Shown here in pieces: positions 50,313 to 64,000 of a stretch of DNA of 64,000 bases. Made by a program: the position numbers and the translations under genes. The notes beneath the pieces were generated by a model. That model saw only the letters and a program-made list of their open reading frames with translations. It was not told where the DNA came from and made no database searches. Each line of letters opens with the position of its first letter. The stretch's first letter is position 1. Source of the stretch: an uncultured delta proteobacterium (GTDB lineage: Bacteria; Myxococcota_A; Polyangia; Polyangiales; Polyangiaceae); assembly GCA_963782055.1 (NCBI GenBank), contig CAWAIF010000003.1, positions 2,496,001-2,560,000 on the forward strand. The letters run 5' to 3'.

Positions 50313-51920
50313 TCAGGCCGCCGGCGCCTCCGCCTGCGGCGGCGGGTTCACCATCGTCAGCACGACGTACGAGACGGCGGCGACGCCCGCGCCGACGAAC
50401 CACGCGTAGTCGAAGAGCGGGCGGAAGAAGGGGATCACGAGGCCGACCCACGCCAGGCCGCAGCCCAGGCCGGTCGCGAGCACGGCGTTCCAGTTGGTGC
50501 CCAGGCCCGTCACGCTCGTCACCACGGTCTTCGCCGCCGACTCGCGGTACCCGCTGCCCGCGTCCGCCGGCACCTTCATCCGCGTCACCACGCCGTAGGC
50601 GTACGCGCCGTCGCGCCGGTAGAGATCGGCCAGGCGCAGCCGCCGGTGGCGCAGGATCCAGTAGTCGGTGATGAGCACGCCGGCGATGGAGCCCAGCCCG
50701 CCGGAGTAGCCGAGCAGCCACTGGAAGATGTAGCCGTGCGGGTCGGCGATGAGCTTCCACGGCATCATCAAGACGCCGATGACGCCGGTGATGACGCCGC
50801 CCATCTTGAAGGAGATGTGCCTGGGCGCCATGTTGGCGAAGTCGTTCGCCGGGGAGACCACGTTGGCGGCGATGTTCACGCTCAGCGTCGCGATGACGAT
50901 GGTGAACATGGCGATGCCCACGAGCCAGCGCGACTCGAACTTGCCGACCAGCTCGATGGGGTCCCACATCGCCTTGCCGTAGATGATCTGCGAGGCGCTG
51001 GTGATGATCACGCCCATCGCGGCGAAGACCGTCATCGTGGTGGGCAGCGAGACCACCTGCCCGATCATCTGCTCCTTCTGCGATCGCCCGAAGCGGGTGA
51101 AGTCGGGCATGTTGAGCGAGAGCGTCGCCCAGAAGCCCACCATCGCCGTCACGCTCGGCACGAACACCTTCCAGAACCCACCGGGCGTCTTGAAGGTGTG
51201 ATGCGCGGTCATGATCGGCCCGAGGCCGTGCGCGCGGCGGATGGCCCACACCACCAGCAGCGCCGTCATGATCAGCACGAAGGGCGCGGCGAGGTTCTCC
51301 ACCTTGCGCAAGAGGTCCATCCCGCGCACCACGATGGCGATGTTGATCGCCCAGAAGAGGGCGAAGCTGAGCCACTCGGTCAGCAGGTGGCCGCCGGGCG
51401 TCGCGGTGCCGAGCACGGTCGGCCAGCCGGCCCAGAGGGAGTGGAAGAAGGTCTGCAGCGCCTGCCCGCCGATCCACGCGTTGATGCCGAACCACCCGCA
51501 CGCGACGATGGCGCGCATGAAGGCCGGGACGTTGGCGCCGTAGACGCCGTAGGAGGCGCGCGCGAAGACGGGGAAGGGGATGCCGTACTTGGTGCCCGGG
51601 TGCGAGTTGAGCAGGATCGGCCCGAGGACGATCAGGTTGCCCAGCAGGATGGTGACGAGCGCCTGCCACCAGCTCATGCCGAGGCCGATGAGGCTCGCGG
51701 CGAGCATGTACGTGGGGATGCAGTGCGCCATGGAGATCCACAGCGCGGAGAAGTTGTAGGTGGTCCACGTGCGCTGCGCGACGCGCGTCGGCGCGAGGTC
51801 GTGGCTGTAGAGCGAGGAGCCCTCCAGGCTCACCGACTCGCGCAGCTCGACGCGGCCGTCCGCGTGCTGGACTTGCTCGTCGTCGGTCTCGGTGGAGGCG
51901 GCGGCGGTCATTGGGGGCAA
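50313..51920 (-). CDS. NCS1 nucleobase:cation symporter
   Basis: DLAPT..RTW, KYGIPFPV..RASYG, LSLNMPDFTRF, NIAANVVSPANDF. Confidence 0.95.
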   Translation of the reverse strand: MPPMTAAASTETDDEQVQHADGRVELRESVSLEGSSLYSHDLAPTRVAQRTWTTYNFSALWISMAHCIPTYMLAASLIGLGMSWWQALVTILLGNLIVLGPILLNSHPGTKYGIPFPVFARASYGVYGANVPAFMRAIVACGWFGINAWIGGQALQTFFHSLWAGWPTVLGTATPGGHLLTEWLSFALFWAINIAIVVRGMDLLRKVENLAAPFVLIMTALLVVWAIRRAHGLGPIMTAHHTFKTPGGFWKVFVPSVTAMVGFWATLSLNMPDFTRFGRSQKEQMIGQVVSLPTTMTVFAAMGVIITSASQIIYGKAMWDPIELVGKFESRWLVGIAMFTIVIATLSVNIAANVVSPANDFANMAPRHISFKMGGVITGVIGVLMMPWKLIADPHGYIFQWLLGYSGGLGSIAGVLITDYWILRHRRLRLADLYRRDGAYAYGVVTRMKVPADAGSGYRESAAKTVVTSVTGLGTNWNAVLATGLGCGLAWVGLVIPFFRPLFDYAWFVGAGVAAVSYVVLTMVNPPPQAEAPAA

Positions 51921-52007
51921 GCCGCATTACCTGACGGTGACCGGACCCCGCAAGGGTGGGCAGGTACTTCATTGCACGAAACTAAACCATGAGTTACTGT
52001 CTGTGCG

Positions 52008-52589
52008 GTGAGCCTTCCCCCCGGCAGACCGGACTGGGACCGCCTCTTCCAGACGGCGGCCGCCCAGGAAGGCTATTTCACGACCCGCCAAGCGGCGGAC
52101 GCCGGCTACTCGTCGCAGCTGCTGCTCAAGCACATCCACGCCGGCCGCGTCACTCGGATGCGGCGAGGCATCTACCGGCTCGTCCACTTCCCGGCGGGCG
52201 AGCACGAAGAGCTGGTCACCGCCTGGCTCTGGTCGGAGCGGGCAGGAGTCATCTCGCACCAGAGCGCGCTCGCCCTCCACGGGCTCTCCGACGCGCTGCC
52301 TGCGCGCATGCATCTGACGCTGCCGGGCGCGTGGCGCCGGCGCCGCTTCAGGGTCCCCGCCGGCGTCGTGCTCCACCACGCGGATGTGCCGCCGGAGGAC
52401 CGCACGTGGTTCGGGGCGGTGCCCACGACCGACGCGCGCCGCTCGCTGCGCGACTGCGCCCTCGAGGGCCTGTCGCCCGAGCTGCTGCGACAGGCGGCGC
52501 AGCAAGCCCTGAGGCGCGGTCTGGTGACCAGGGACGAGCTCGGCGACGTCGAGCAAGCGCTCGCGCCGTTCGGTGGTCTCGCTGCATGA
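52008..52589 (+). CDS. abiEi: Type IV TA antitoxin, AbiEi family
   Basis: AAAQEGYFTTRQA, RRGIYRL, VISHQSALALHGL. Confidence 0.85.
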   Translation: MSLPPGRPDWDRLFQTAAAQEGYFTTRQAADAGYSSQLLLKHIHAGRVTRMRRGIYRLVHFPAGEHEELVTAWLWSERAGVISHQSALALHGLSDALPARMHLTLPGAWRRRRFRVPAGVVLHHADVPPEDRTWFGAVPTTDARRSLRDCALEGLSPELLRQAAQQALRRGLVTRDELGDVEQALAPFGGLAA

Positions 52590-53494
52590 CGGCGCGCACG
52601 TACTCCTCGCCCGAGGCGTTCAAGCAGGCGCTCGAGCAGCGCCTCCGAGCGTCCGCGAAGACGGGCGCCGGATTCGCGCGCAAGCGGCAGCTGCTGGTGT
52701 TCGCTCGCTTCCTCGCGCGCAGCATGGCCGTGCTGGGCGACGCGGCGACGCTCAAGGGCGGCCTCGTCCTGGAGCTCCGGCTCGCGCGGGCACGGACCAC
52801 GAAGGACGTCGACCTGCGCATGACGGGCTCGCCGAGCGACATCCTGGCGAAGCTGCAGGAGACCGCGCGTCGCGACGCCGGCGACTTCATGACCTTCGAG
52901 ATCGGCCCGGACCGCGACCAGGCCGAGATCCGGAACGACGGCACGCAGTACGATGGGCTCCGCTTCCGCGCGCAGTGCAAGCTCGCCGGCAAGCCGTACG
53001 GACAGCCCTTCGGCGTCAACGTCGCCTTCGGCGATCCGATGCTCGGCGAACCCGAGCGCGTCGTGGCGGAAGACGTCCTGGCCTTCGCGGGCATCGCGCC
53101 CCCGACGCTGCGGCTCTATCCGATCGAGACGCACGTCGCGGAGAAGCTCCACGCGTACACGATGCCACGCGCGCGCCCGAACTCGCGCGTGAAGGATCTG
53201 CCCGATATCGCCCTCCTCGCGACTGCGCAGGTCATCGAGGCGAAGCGGCTGCGGGCGGCCCTCGAGCAGACCTTCACCTTCCGCAAGACCCACCCCCTTC
53301 CGGTGATGCTTCCCGATCCCCCGCCCGCGTGGACCACACCCTACGCCGCCATGGCGCGCGAGGAGCGGCTCGCGTGGCCCACTCTGGGCGAGGTCACGCA
53401 GGCGGCGAGGACGTTCCTCGACCCCGTGCTCGCCGGCGACCCCGACGCCGCATGGAACCCCGGGACGTGGTCGTGGGGCTCATCACGCCGCTGA
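52586..53494 (+). CDS. abiEii: Type IV TA toxin, AbiEii nucleotidyltransferase
   Basis: LKGGLVLE, RTTKDVD, AEKLHA, NSRVKDLPDI; ATGA overlap with the antitoxin. Confidence 0.88.
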   Translation: MTARTYSSPEAFKQALEQRLRASAKTGAGFARKRQLLVFARFLARSMAVLGDAATLKGGLVLELRLARARTTKDVDLRMTGSPSDILAKLQETARRDAGDFMTFEIGPDRDQAEIRNDGTQYDGLRFRAQCKLAGKPYGQPFGVNVAFGDPMLGEPERVVAEDVLAFAGIAPPTLRLYPIETHVAEKLHAYTMPRARPNSRVKDLPDIALLATAQVIEAKRLRAALEQTFTFRKTHPLPVMLPDPPPAWTTPYAAMAREERLAWPTLGEVTQAARTFLDPVLAGDPDAAWNPGTWSWGSSRR

Positions 53495-53604
53495 AGGGGG
53501 CCGGCGTCGCGCTGGCCATCCGTTCCGTATGACATTGTGCGCTTTCTGCGGTAGAAACGGCCTCTTCACCTCTCGCGCAACCTGGGGAGAAGCTGGGAGC
53601 AATC

Positions 53605-54909
53605 ATGGAGGAGCTGGACCGCGATCGATCCGAGGACGTCTTCGAGGACTACAAGGGCGAGTACACGCGGGAGCAGACGGTGGTGGAGGCGAACCGGTGC
53701 CTGTTCTGCACCGACGCGCCGTGCATGAAGGCGTGCCCCACGCACATCGACATCCCGCAGTTCATTCGCAAGATCGCGACGGACAACGTCAAGGGATCGG
53801 CCCGCACCATCTTCGACGCCAACATCCTCGGCATGAGCTGCGCGCGCGTGTGCCCGGTGGAGGTGCTCTGCGTCGGCGACTGCGTCTACAACGAGATGGG
53901 CGTCCCCCCGATCCAGATCGGCAAGCTGCAGCGCTTCTCCACCGACCGCGCCTTCGAGGACGGCTGGCGCTTCTTCGAGGCGGGCGCCGACACCGGCAAG
54001 AGCGTCGGCCTCGTCGGCGGCGGCCCGGCGAGCCTGGCGTGCGCCCACGAGCTGCGCCGCCTCGGCCACCGCGCGACGATCTACGAGAAGCGCCCGCGCC
54101 TCGGCGGGCTGAACACCAGCGGCGTCGCCCCGTACAAGATGAAGGCGGACCGCAGCGTCCAGGAGGTCGACTGGGTCCTGGGCATCGGCGGGATCGAGGT
54201 GAAGACCGGCGTCTCCGTCGGCGACGACGTGTCGCTCGAGGAGCTGGAGAAGCAGCACGACGCGGTCTTCTTCGGCGCGGGCCTCGGCGCCGATACCCCG
54301 ATGAAGGTGCCCGGCGAGGACCTCCCCGGCGTCTTCGGCGCGGTGGACTGGATCGAGCGCATGAAGACCGGCAAGGTCTCGGCGGAGGGAGTGAAGAACT
54401 GCGTCGTCGTCGGCGGCGGCAACACCGCGCTCGACGTGGTGCGCGAGGCGCGCGGCCTGGGCGTCGCGCGCGTGACGATGGTGTACCGCGGCGTCGAGGA
54501 GAAGATGAGCGGCTACGCCCACGAGTGGAAGGCCGCCGAGACGGAGGGCGGCCGCGCGGAGTGGCAGGCGGTGCCCGTCGCCTTCGAGGGCAAGGGCAAG
54601 GTGGAGCGCGTGCGCTGCCACAAGCTGGACGCGAGCAAGAAGCCCATCCCCGGCGAGGAGGTGACGCTGGACGCCGATCTGGTGCTCGTCGCCATCGGCC
54701 AGTCCAAGCTGGGCGAGATGCTGGCGAAGCTCTCCGGCATCCGCATCGACAAGGGGCGCGTCGTCACCGACGAGTCCGGCTTCACCGGCCGGGCGAAGTG
54801 GTTCGCCGGCGGCGACTGCCGCAACGGCGGCAAGGAAGTCGTCAACGGCGCGGCGGAAGGCAAGGCCGCCGCGCGCGCCATCCACGCCATGCTCTCCGGA
54901 GGGAAGTGA
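53605..54909 (+). CDS. preT: Dihydropyrimidine dehydrogenase subunit A
   Basis: RCLFCTDAPCMKACPT, CARVCPVEVLC, GGGPA, GGGNTA. Confidence 0.93.
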   Translation: MEELDRDRSEDVFEDYKGEYTREQTVVEANRCLFCTDAPCMKACPTHIDIPQFIRKIATDNVKGSARTIFDANILGMSCARVCPVEVLCVGDCVYNEMGVPPIQIGKLQRFSTDRAFEDGWRFFEAGADTGKSVGLVGGGPASLACAHELRRLGHRATIYEKRPRLGGLNTSGVAPYKMKADRSVQEVDWVLGIGGIEVKTGVSVGDDVSLEELEKQHDAVFFGAGLGADTPMKVPGEDLPGVFGAVDWIERMKTGKVSAEGVKNCVVVGGGNTALDVVREARGLGVARVTMVYRGVEEKMSGYAHEWKAAETEGGRAEWQAVPVAFEGKGKVERVRCHKLDASKKPIPGEEVTLDADLVLVAIGQSKLGEMLAKLSGIRIDKGRVVTDESGFTGRAKWFAGGDCRNGGKEVVNGAAEGKAAARAIHAMLSGGK

Positions 54910-56177
54910 TGCCGGACCTGACGACCAACTGCGGCGGGATCATCTCCCCCAACCCCTTCTGGCTCGCCTCCGCGCCGCCCGCCAACTCCGGCGGCCAGGT
55001 GCAGCGCGCCTTCGACGCCGGCTGGGGCGGCGCGGTGTGGAAGACGCTCGGCCAGCCGATCCAGAACGTCTCCAGCCGCTTCGGCGCCACCAACGTGCGC
55101 GGCGTGCAGGGCGCGGGCTTCAACAACATCGAGCTCATCACCGACCGCTCCCTCGAGATCAACCTGAAGGAGATCTACGAGACCAAGAAGAAGTACCCGA
55201 AGCACGCCGTCATCGTCTCGCTCATGGTGGAGACGAAGGCGGAGTGGAAGGACATCGTCAAGCGCTCCATCGACGCGGGCGCCGACGGCCTGGAGCTCAA
55301 CTTCGGCTGCCCCCACGGCATGTGCGAGCGCGGCATGGGCTCGGCGGTCGGCCAGGAGCCGAAGGTCAACCAGGAGATCACCTCCTGGGTCGTCGAGTAC
55401 TCCACCGTGCCGGTGCTGGTGAAGCTCACGCCGAACGTGTCGGACATCGTGCCGCACGGCCTGGCCGCGCAGCGCGGCGGCGCCCACGGCGTCTCCCTCA
55501 TCAACACCATCAAGAGCATCATCGGCGTCGACATCGACCGCTTCGTGCCGGAGCCGCGCGTCGCGAGCCTCTCCACCAACGGCGGCTACTGCGGCGCGGC
55601 GGTCAAGCCCATCGCCCTGCACATGGTCGCCGCGCTCTCGCGCGACGACCGCTTCGACATCCCCATCAGCGGGATCGGCGGCGTCAGCAACTGGCGCGAC
55701 GCGGTGGAGTTCATGCTCCTCGGCTCCAGCTCGGTGCAGGTGTGCACCGAGGTGATGCTCCGCGGCTACCGCGTCGTGGAGGACATGATCGAGGGCCTGG
55801 AGGAGTACATGCGCTCCCACGGCTTCGATCGCGTCGACCAGATGGTGGGCAAGGCCGTCCCCGCCTACTCCGAGTGGGGCAACCTGGATCTCAACTACGA
55901 GACCATCGCCAAGATCGACGCGGACAAGTGCATCGGCTGCCAGCTCTGCGTCACCGCCTGCGAGGACGGCGCGCACCAGTGCCTGCACCCGCAGCCCGGC
56001 ACCCGCGTCCCGCTCGTCGACGAGTCGGAGTGCGTCGGCTGCAACCTCTGCAAGATCGTCTGCCCCGTCGCCGACTGCATCTCCATGGTGGAGGTGAAGA
56101 ACGACTTCCCCCCCGCCACGTGGAACGAGCACGTGACCGAGGGCAAGAAGCTGCGCCCCAAGAAGGGGGCGCATTGA
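54909..56177 (+). CDS. preA: Dihydropyrimidine dehydrogenase subunit B
   Basis: NPFWLASAPP, NNIELITDR, LNFGCPHGMCERGMG, two C-terminal 4Fe-4S motifs. Confidence 0.95.
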   Translation: MPDLTTNCGGIISPNPFWLASAPPANSGGQVQRAFDAGWGGAVWKTLGQPIQNVSSRFGATNVRGVQGAGFNNIELITDRSLEINLKEIYETKKKYPKHAVIVSLMVETKAEWKDIVKRSIDAGADGLELNFGCPHGMCERGMGSAVGQEPKVNQEITSWVVEYSTVPVLVKLTPNVSDIVPHGLAAQRGGAHGVSLINTIKSIIGVDIDRFVPEPRVASLSTNGGYCGAAVKPIALHMVAALSRDDRFDIPISGIGGVSNWRDAVEFMLLGSSSVQVCTEVMLRGYRVVEDMIEGLEEYMRSHGFDRVDQMVGKAVPAYSEWGNLDLNYETIAKIDADKCIGCQLCVTACEDGAHQCLHPQPGTRVPLVDESECVGCNLCKIVCPVADCISMVEVKNDFPPATWNEHVTEGKKLRPKKGAH

Positions 56178-56302
56178 GAGGATGTGAATGAATTCACATC
56201 CCTCTCAAGACAGGTCTCAGGGGCGGCACGCGCCGCCCCTCCCCGCCCAAGTGAATTGGGCGGGGCCCCTCCCCACGCGGCCCCTCCGCTGCGCGTCGGG
56301 GG
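56174..56302. repeat. Intergenic multi-hairpin REP-like element
   Basis: TTGAGAGGATGTGAAT..ATTCACATCCCTCTCAA plus GC hairpins; fragments recur at 18514 and 44484. Confidence 0.6.
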
Positions 56303-56359
56303 GTAGGACATGCAGGATCTCTCGACACGTCGACACGAACTTTCGAGGAAATGAGGTAA

Positions 56360-58717
<2,358 letters not shown>

Positions 58718-58736
58718 GAGAGCGAGGAGTATCCCG

Positions 58737-60227
58737 ATGATCCCGAAGTTCAGTGCACGTTCCAACGAGTTCGCGGAGTACGTCCCCGCGCGCAACTACA
58801 TCGCCGGCGAGTGGTGCGATCCGCGCACCTCCAAGACCACGCTGGAGGTCATCAACCCGCGGCACGGCAAGGCGATGAGCAAGGTCGTGATGAGCGGCGC
58901 CGACGACGTCGACGCCGCGGTCAAGGCGGGCGAGGCGGCCTTCAAGGAGTGGCGCGGGTGGCCCGTCCGCGAGCGCGCGCACGTCATGTACAGGCTGCGC
59001 GAGCTCATGGTGGCGAACCTGGAGGAGCTCTCCTGGCTGGTCTCGCACGAGAACGGCAAGATCTACCCCGAGGCGAAGGCCGAGGTGGAGAAGGGCATCG
59101 AGTGCGTGGAGTTCGGCTGCTCGCTCCCCAACCTCGCCGCCGGCAGCCAGCTGGAGGTGAGCCGCGGCGTGACGTGCGAGGTGGTCCACGAGCCGCTCGG
59201 CGTCGTCGCCGGCGTCGTGCCCTTCAACTTCCCCAACATGGTGCCGCTCTGGATGATCCCGCAGGCGCTGGTGGGCGGGAACGCCTTCGTCCTCAAGCCG
59301 AGCGAGCAGGTGCCGCTGTCGTCGCTGCGCCTGGCCGAGCTGCTCACCGAGGCCGGCCTGCCGCGGGGCGTCTTCAACCTGGTGCAGGGTGGGCGCGAGG
59401 TGGTCGAGGCGCTGTGCGATCACCCGCGCATCAAGGCGCTCGGGTTCGTCGGGTCGACCAAGGTGGCCAAGCTCGTCTACGGCCGCGCGAGCACGGCCGG
59501 CAAGCGCGCGCTCTGCCTGGGCGGCGCGAAGAACCACCTCATCGTGGTGCCCGACGCCGACATGGCGGTCACCGCGGAGAACGTCGTCGCCTCCTTCACC
59601 GGATGCGCCGGCCAGCGCTGCATGGCGGCCTCGGTGCTCCTCGCCGTCGGCAAGGTGGACCACATCCTGGACGCCGTGCGCGAGCGCGCGGCGAAGCTGG
59701 TCACCGGCAAGGAGATGGGCCCCGTCACCAACCCCGCGGCGGTGGAGCGCATCACCCGCTACATCGACGAGGCGGAGAAGGCCGGCGCCAAGATCGTGCT
59801 CGACGGCCGCAAGGCGAAGGGCGACGCCGGCGGCTACTGGGTCGGCCCGACGATCATCGACCACTGCACGCGGGACATGCCCGCCGCGTGCGAGGAGATC
59901 TTCGGCCCGGTCCTCTCCATCGTGCGCGTGCCCAACCTGGAGACGGCGATCGAGATCGAGAACGCCAACCCCTACGGCAACGCGTCCAGCGTCTACACCA
60001 CCAGCGGCGACGTGGCGCGCCGGGTGATGCAGAGCGTGGAGGCCGGCATGTGCGGCGTCAACGTGGGTGTCCCCGTCCCGCGCGAGCCCTTCGGCTTCGG
60101 CGGGTGGAACGACTCCCTCTTTGGACACGGCAACCTCACCGGCTGGGACGGCTACCTGTTCTGGACGCGCCAGCGGAAGATCACCAGCAAGTGGGCCCTG
60201 CAGAAGGACCAGAGCTGGATGAGCTGA
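58737..60227 (+). CDS. mmsA: (Methyl)malonate-semialdehyde dehydrogenase (CoA-acylating)
   Basis: PFNFPNMVPLW, GGAKNH, GCAGQRCMA, EIFGPV, GVNVGVPVP. Confidence 0.93.
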   Translation: MIPKFSARSNEFAEYVPARNYIAGEWCDPRTSKTTLEVINPRHGKAMSKVVMSGADDVDAAVKAGEAAFKEWRGWPVRERAHVMYRLRELMVANLEELSWLVSHENGKIYPEAKAEVEKGIECVEFGCSLPNLAAGSQLEVSRGVTCEVVHEPLGVVAGVVPFNFPNMVPLWMIPQALVGGNAFVLKPSEQVPLSSLRLAELLTEAGLPRGVFNLVQGGREVVEALCDHPRIKALGFVGSTKVAKLVYGRASTAGKRALCLGGAKNHLIVVPDADMAVTAENVVASFTGCAGQRCMAASVLLAVGKVDHILDAVRERAAKLVTGKEMGPVTNPAAVERITRYIDEAEKAGAKIVLDGRKAKGDAGGYWVGPTIIDHCTRDMPAACEEIFGPVLSIVRVPNLETAIEIENANPYGNASSVYTTSGDVARRVMQSVEAGMCGVNVGVPVPREPFGFGGWNDSLFGHGNLTGWDGYLFWTRQRKITSKWALQKDQSWMS

Positions 60228-60238
60228 GCCTCCCGGCC

Positions 60239-60324
60239 TCACCCCCCCGGCCCCCCTCTCCCTACGAGGGAGAGGGGGGAGAAGAAAGAGGGGGGAGAAG
60301 AGAGGGGAGAGGCGAGAGGGGGGA
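60239..60324. repeat. CCCCCTCTCCC...GGGAGAGGGGG hairpin plus polypurine tract between convergent genes
   Basis: Directly visible; may act as a terminator or REP-like unit. Confidence 0.5.
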
Positions 60325-60744
60325 CTAGGACGGGATCCGGAAGCCGGCGGTGGCGAAGTGGTGGTCGAAGGTGAAGGCCACGCGGATCTTGGACTTCGTC
60401 ATCAGGACGAAGCTGGTCGCGTCCACGGCGGAGAGCTTGTGCAGGTCCCTGCGCCGGAAGTAGCTCCACGCCTTTCGCACGTCGGCGGACGTGCACTCGA
60501 GCACCTGGAGACGCTTCACCTCGTCGAGGCCGTCCTTCCAGGCGAGCGCCACGTCGCGGGTGGTGTTGCGCTCGAGGAAGGTGAAGGTCTCCAGGATGAC
60601 CGGCACCGAGGTGAAGCAGCGTGCGCCGGCCGCGTCCATGGCGTCCCACGTCTCGACCGCGCGCGCGTGGAGCGGGTCGCGCGTGAGCGCCAGCGCGATC
60701 CACGCCCCCGTGTCGACGAAGACCGCCTCCCCCGAGCGGATCAC
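60325..60744 (-). CDS. vapC: PIN-domain (VapC) toxin
   Basis: VFVDTGAW, ILET, LSAVDATSF, AFTFDHHF. Confidence 0.92.
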   Translation of the reverse strand: MIRSGEAVFVDTGAWIALALTRDPLHARAVETWDAMDAAGARCFTSVPVILETFTFLERNTTRDVALAWKDGLDEVKRLQVLECTSADVRKAWSYFRRRDLHKLSAVDATSFVLMTKSKIRVAFTFDHHFATAGFRIPS

Positions 60745-60950
60745 GGCGCGTCGTAGATCGAGTCGTGGTCGGCGGACGAGGTGGGCACCTCCCCGTCCCA
60801 GAGCGACACGGGCCCGGCCGCGTGCGCGCCGAGCGACCGGCGGATCGCCTCGCGCACCAGCTCCGCGACGCTCTTGCCGGAGCGCTTCGCCGCGCGATGG
60901 AGCGCCTGGAGCTCCTCCTCCGGAAGGTAGACCTGAGTCTTGACCATCAT
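60741..60950 (-). CDS. vapB: Ribbon-helix-helix (CopG) antitoxin
   Basis: MVKTQVYLPEEE...SGKSVAELVREAI...DHDSIY; overlaps the toxin start. Confidence 0.88.
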   Translation of the reverse strand: MMVKTQVYLPEEELQALHRAAKRSGKSVAELVREAIRRSLGAHAAGPVSLWDGEVPTSSADHDSIYDAP

Positions 60951-60981
60951 GGGTGTCAGTATGAGATCGGCGCTGACACCC
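60951..60981. promoter_or_regulatory. Inverted repeat, probable VapBC autoregulatory operator
   Basis: GGGTGTCAG-N13-CTGACACCC directly upstream of the antitoxin ATG. Confidence 0.65.
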
Positions 60982-61040
60982 GTCAACGTCCCCATCGCCG
61001 CGCCTTTCCGGGCGCCGTGACGTGTGGTAGCTCGCGGCCC

Positions 61041-62360
61041 ATGGATTCGAAGGAAATGATCGACCTGTGCACCAGGCACAGCCTGTTCTCGTGGTCGGCG
61101 ACGGGGAAGGTGGCGCCGCTGCCCATCGCGCGGGCGGAGGGGGTGTACCTGTACTCGCCGGAGGGCAAGCGGTGGCTGGACTTCAACAGCCAGCTCATGA
61201 GCGTCAACATCGGCCACGGGCACCCGAAGGTGATCGAGGCGATCAAGAAGCAGGCGGACACCCTCTGCTTCGCGGCGCCCAGCATGGCGACCGAGGTGCG
61301 CGCGCGCCTGTCGAAGCGCCTCGCCGAGGTGGTGCCGGGCGACATCAACACCTTCTTCTTCACCCTGGGCGGCGCGGAGGCGAACGAGAACGCCATCAAG
61401 GCGGCGCGCCTCTTCACCGGCAAGAACAAGATCCTCGCGCGCTACCGCAGCTACCACGGCGCCACCCACGGCGCGATGTCGCTCACCGGCGATCCGCGCC
61501 GCTGGCCGAACGAGCCGGGCATGGTCGGCGTGGTGCGCGTGATGGACCCGCACCCGTACGACTACTCCTTCGGTACCACCGACGAGGAGATCACCAAGAA
61601 CAACCTCACCTACCTGGAGGAGGTCATCCAGTACGAGGGCCCGCAGACCATCGCCGCGATGTTCATCGAGACGGTGACCGGCACCAACGGCATCCTCCCG
61701 CCGCCGAAGGGTTACCTCGCCGGGCTGAAGAAGCTGCTGGGGAAGTACGGCATCCTCTTGGTGTGCGACGAGATCATGTGCGGCTGGGGCCGCACGGGGA
61801 AGCTCTTCGCCTTCGAGCACGGCGGCATCGTCCCGGACATCGTGACGATGGCGAAGGGCCTCACCAGCTCGTACATGCCGCTCGGCGCGATGGGCCTGTC
61901 CGACCGCATCGCCAACCACTTCCGGGAGAACGTCTTCTGGGGCGGCCTCACCTACAACGCCCACCCGATGAGCCTCGCCTGCGCGCTCGCCGTCATCGAC
62001 GTGATGGAGGAGGAGAAGCTGGTGGAGCACTCCGCGAAGATGGGCGAGGTGATGCGCGGCCACATGGAGCGCATGAAGGACAGGCACAAGTGCGTGTGGG
62101 AGTCGCGCAACATCGGCCTCTTCGGCGTGATCGAGCTGCGCAAGAACTCCAAGAACGAGCGCCTCGTCCCGTACAACGGATCGCACCCGGTGATGGCGAA
62201 GCTCGGCACCTTCTTCCGCGACAATGGCCTGTACGCCTTCCTCCGGTGGAACGGCGTGATGTGCAATCCGCCGCTCACCATCACCGAGGCGGAGCTGGCC
62301 GAGGCGTTCGACATCGTCGACAAGGGCCTGGCCATCGTGGACGAGGTGTTCGAGGGCTAG
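61041..62360 (+). CDS. Class III aminotransferase (likely beta-alanine transaminase)
   Basis: SYHGAT, DEIMCGWGRTG, TMAKGLTS; pathway context. Confidence 0.9.
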   Translation: MDSKEMIDLCTRHSLFSWSATGKVAPLPIARAEGVYLYSPEGKRWLDFNSQLMSVNIGHGHPKVIEAIKKQADTLCFAAPSMATEVRARLSKRLAEVVPGDINTFFFTLGGAEANENAIKAARLFTGKNKILARYRSYHGATHGAMSLTGDPRRWPNEPGMVGVVRVMDPHPYDYSFGTTDEEITKNNLTYLEEVIQYEGPQTIAAMFIETVTGTNGILPPPKGYLAGLKKLLGKYGILLVCDEIMCGWGRTGKLFAFEHGGIVPDIVTMAKGLTSSYMPLGAMGLSDRIANHFRENVFWGGLTYNAHPMSLACALAVIDVMEEEKLVEHSAKMGEVMRGHMERMKDRHKCVWESRNIGLFGVIELRKNSKNERLVPYNGSHPVMAKLGTFFRDNGLYAFLRWNGVMCNPPLTITEAELAEAFDIVDKGLAIVDEVFEG

Positions 62361-62387
62361 CCCTGCGCTGACATCCTGACGCCATCG

Positions 62388-62412
62388 TTGACAGCCTGTC
62401 GTTTGCTGTCAA
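62388..62412. promoter_or_regulatory. Inverted repeat upstream of the response regulator
   Basis: TTGACAGC-N9-GCTGTCAA; candidate enhancer-binding or autoregulatory site. Confidence 0.5.
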
Positions 62413-62421
62413 ACTGGCGCC

Positions 62422-63840
<1,419 letters not shown>

Positions 63841-64000
63841 GCCGCACCTGGCCCCCGTTTCCTTGCGAGCGAGAGGCGGAGGTAGAGCGTCAGGGCGGCT
63901 TGTCAGTTTGTCGCGCGCGCGACGGAACACGGCGCAGAGGCGCCAACCTGTCTTGCCTACATTGTCATACACGCGCGGAAAGTCTTTGAAATCTCATGGC

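Noticed and set aside
63895..64000. Sigma-54 promoter and enhancer sites (TGTC motifs, terminal TGGC)
   Set aside because: The window ends before a -12 element could be seen, so it cannot be supported.

Overview
Very GC-rich bacterial DNA. The gene content (many GC/AC-lipobox lipoproteins, a DUF4388/J-domain protein, a Uma2 nuclease, a sigma-54 response regulator) suggests a myxobacterium of the Polyangiaceae/Labilithrix type; this is inference. The backbone carries a radical SAM gene cluster, lipase-tetR, a blue copper protein, hflX, efp, hutU and a complete reductive pyrimidine-degradation cluster (NCS1, preT, preA, ureidopropionase, hydA, mmsA, class III aminotransferase) with AbiE and VapBC toxin-antitoxin pairs inserted in it. 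Region 7.2-27 kb is a nest of mobile elements that can be reconstructed from target duplications. A group II intron, an IS3 element and a three-gene Mu/rve-ExeA transposon are each split in two by an 11.8-kb inversion (10511-22301) between two inverted 2435-bp IS21 copies. The most interesting signal is a repeated accessory architecture at 27.2-33.9, 40.5-42.5 and 44.6-48.2 kb: a large exported lipoprotein (sedolisin, BNR/propeller-like, or unknown) followed by its own family of small cysteine-rich lipoproteins, often as diverged paralog pairs and with orphan C-terminal fragments. Each large gene has a simple sequence repeat just inside its 5' end ((CGCCT)17, G9, C12) that currently puts the SD-led ATG out of frame. 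This looks like a phase-variable effector/immunity (or protease/inhibitor) cassette system. Four-helix-bundle (Avd/IVP-like) genes bracketed by G-rich hexamer repeats and a 30-bp inverted repeat form a second unexplained element type. Caveat: several single-base frameshifts (e.g. two in hflX) suggest long-read indel errors, so the homopolymer-based claims need read-level checks.
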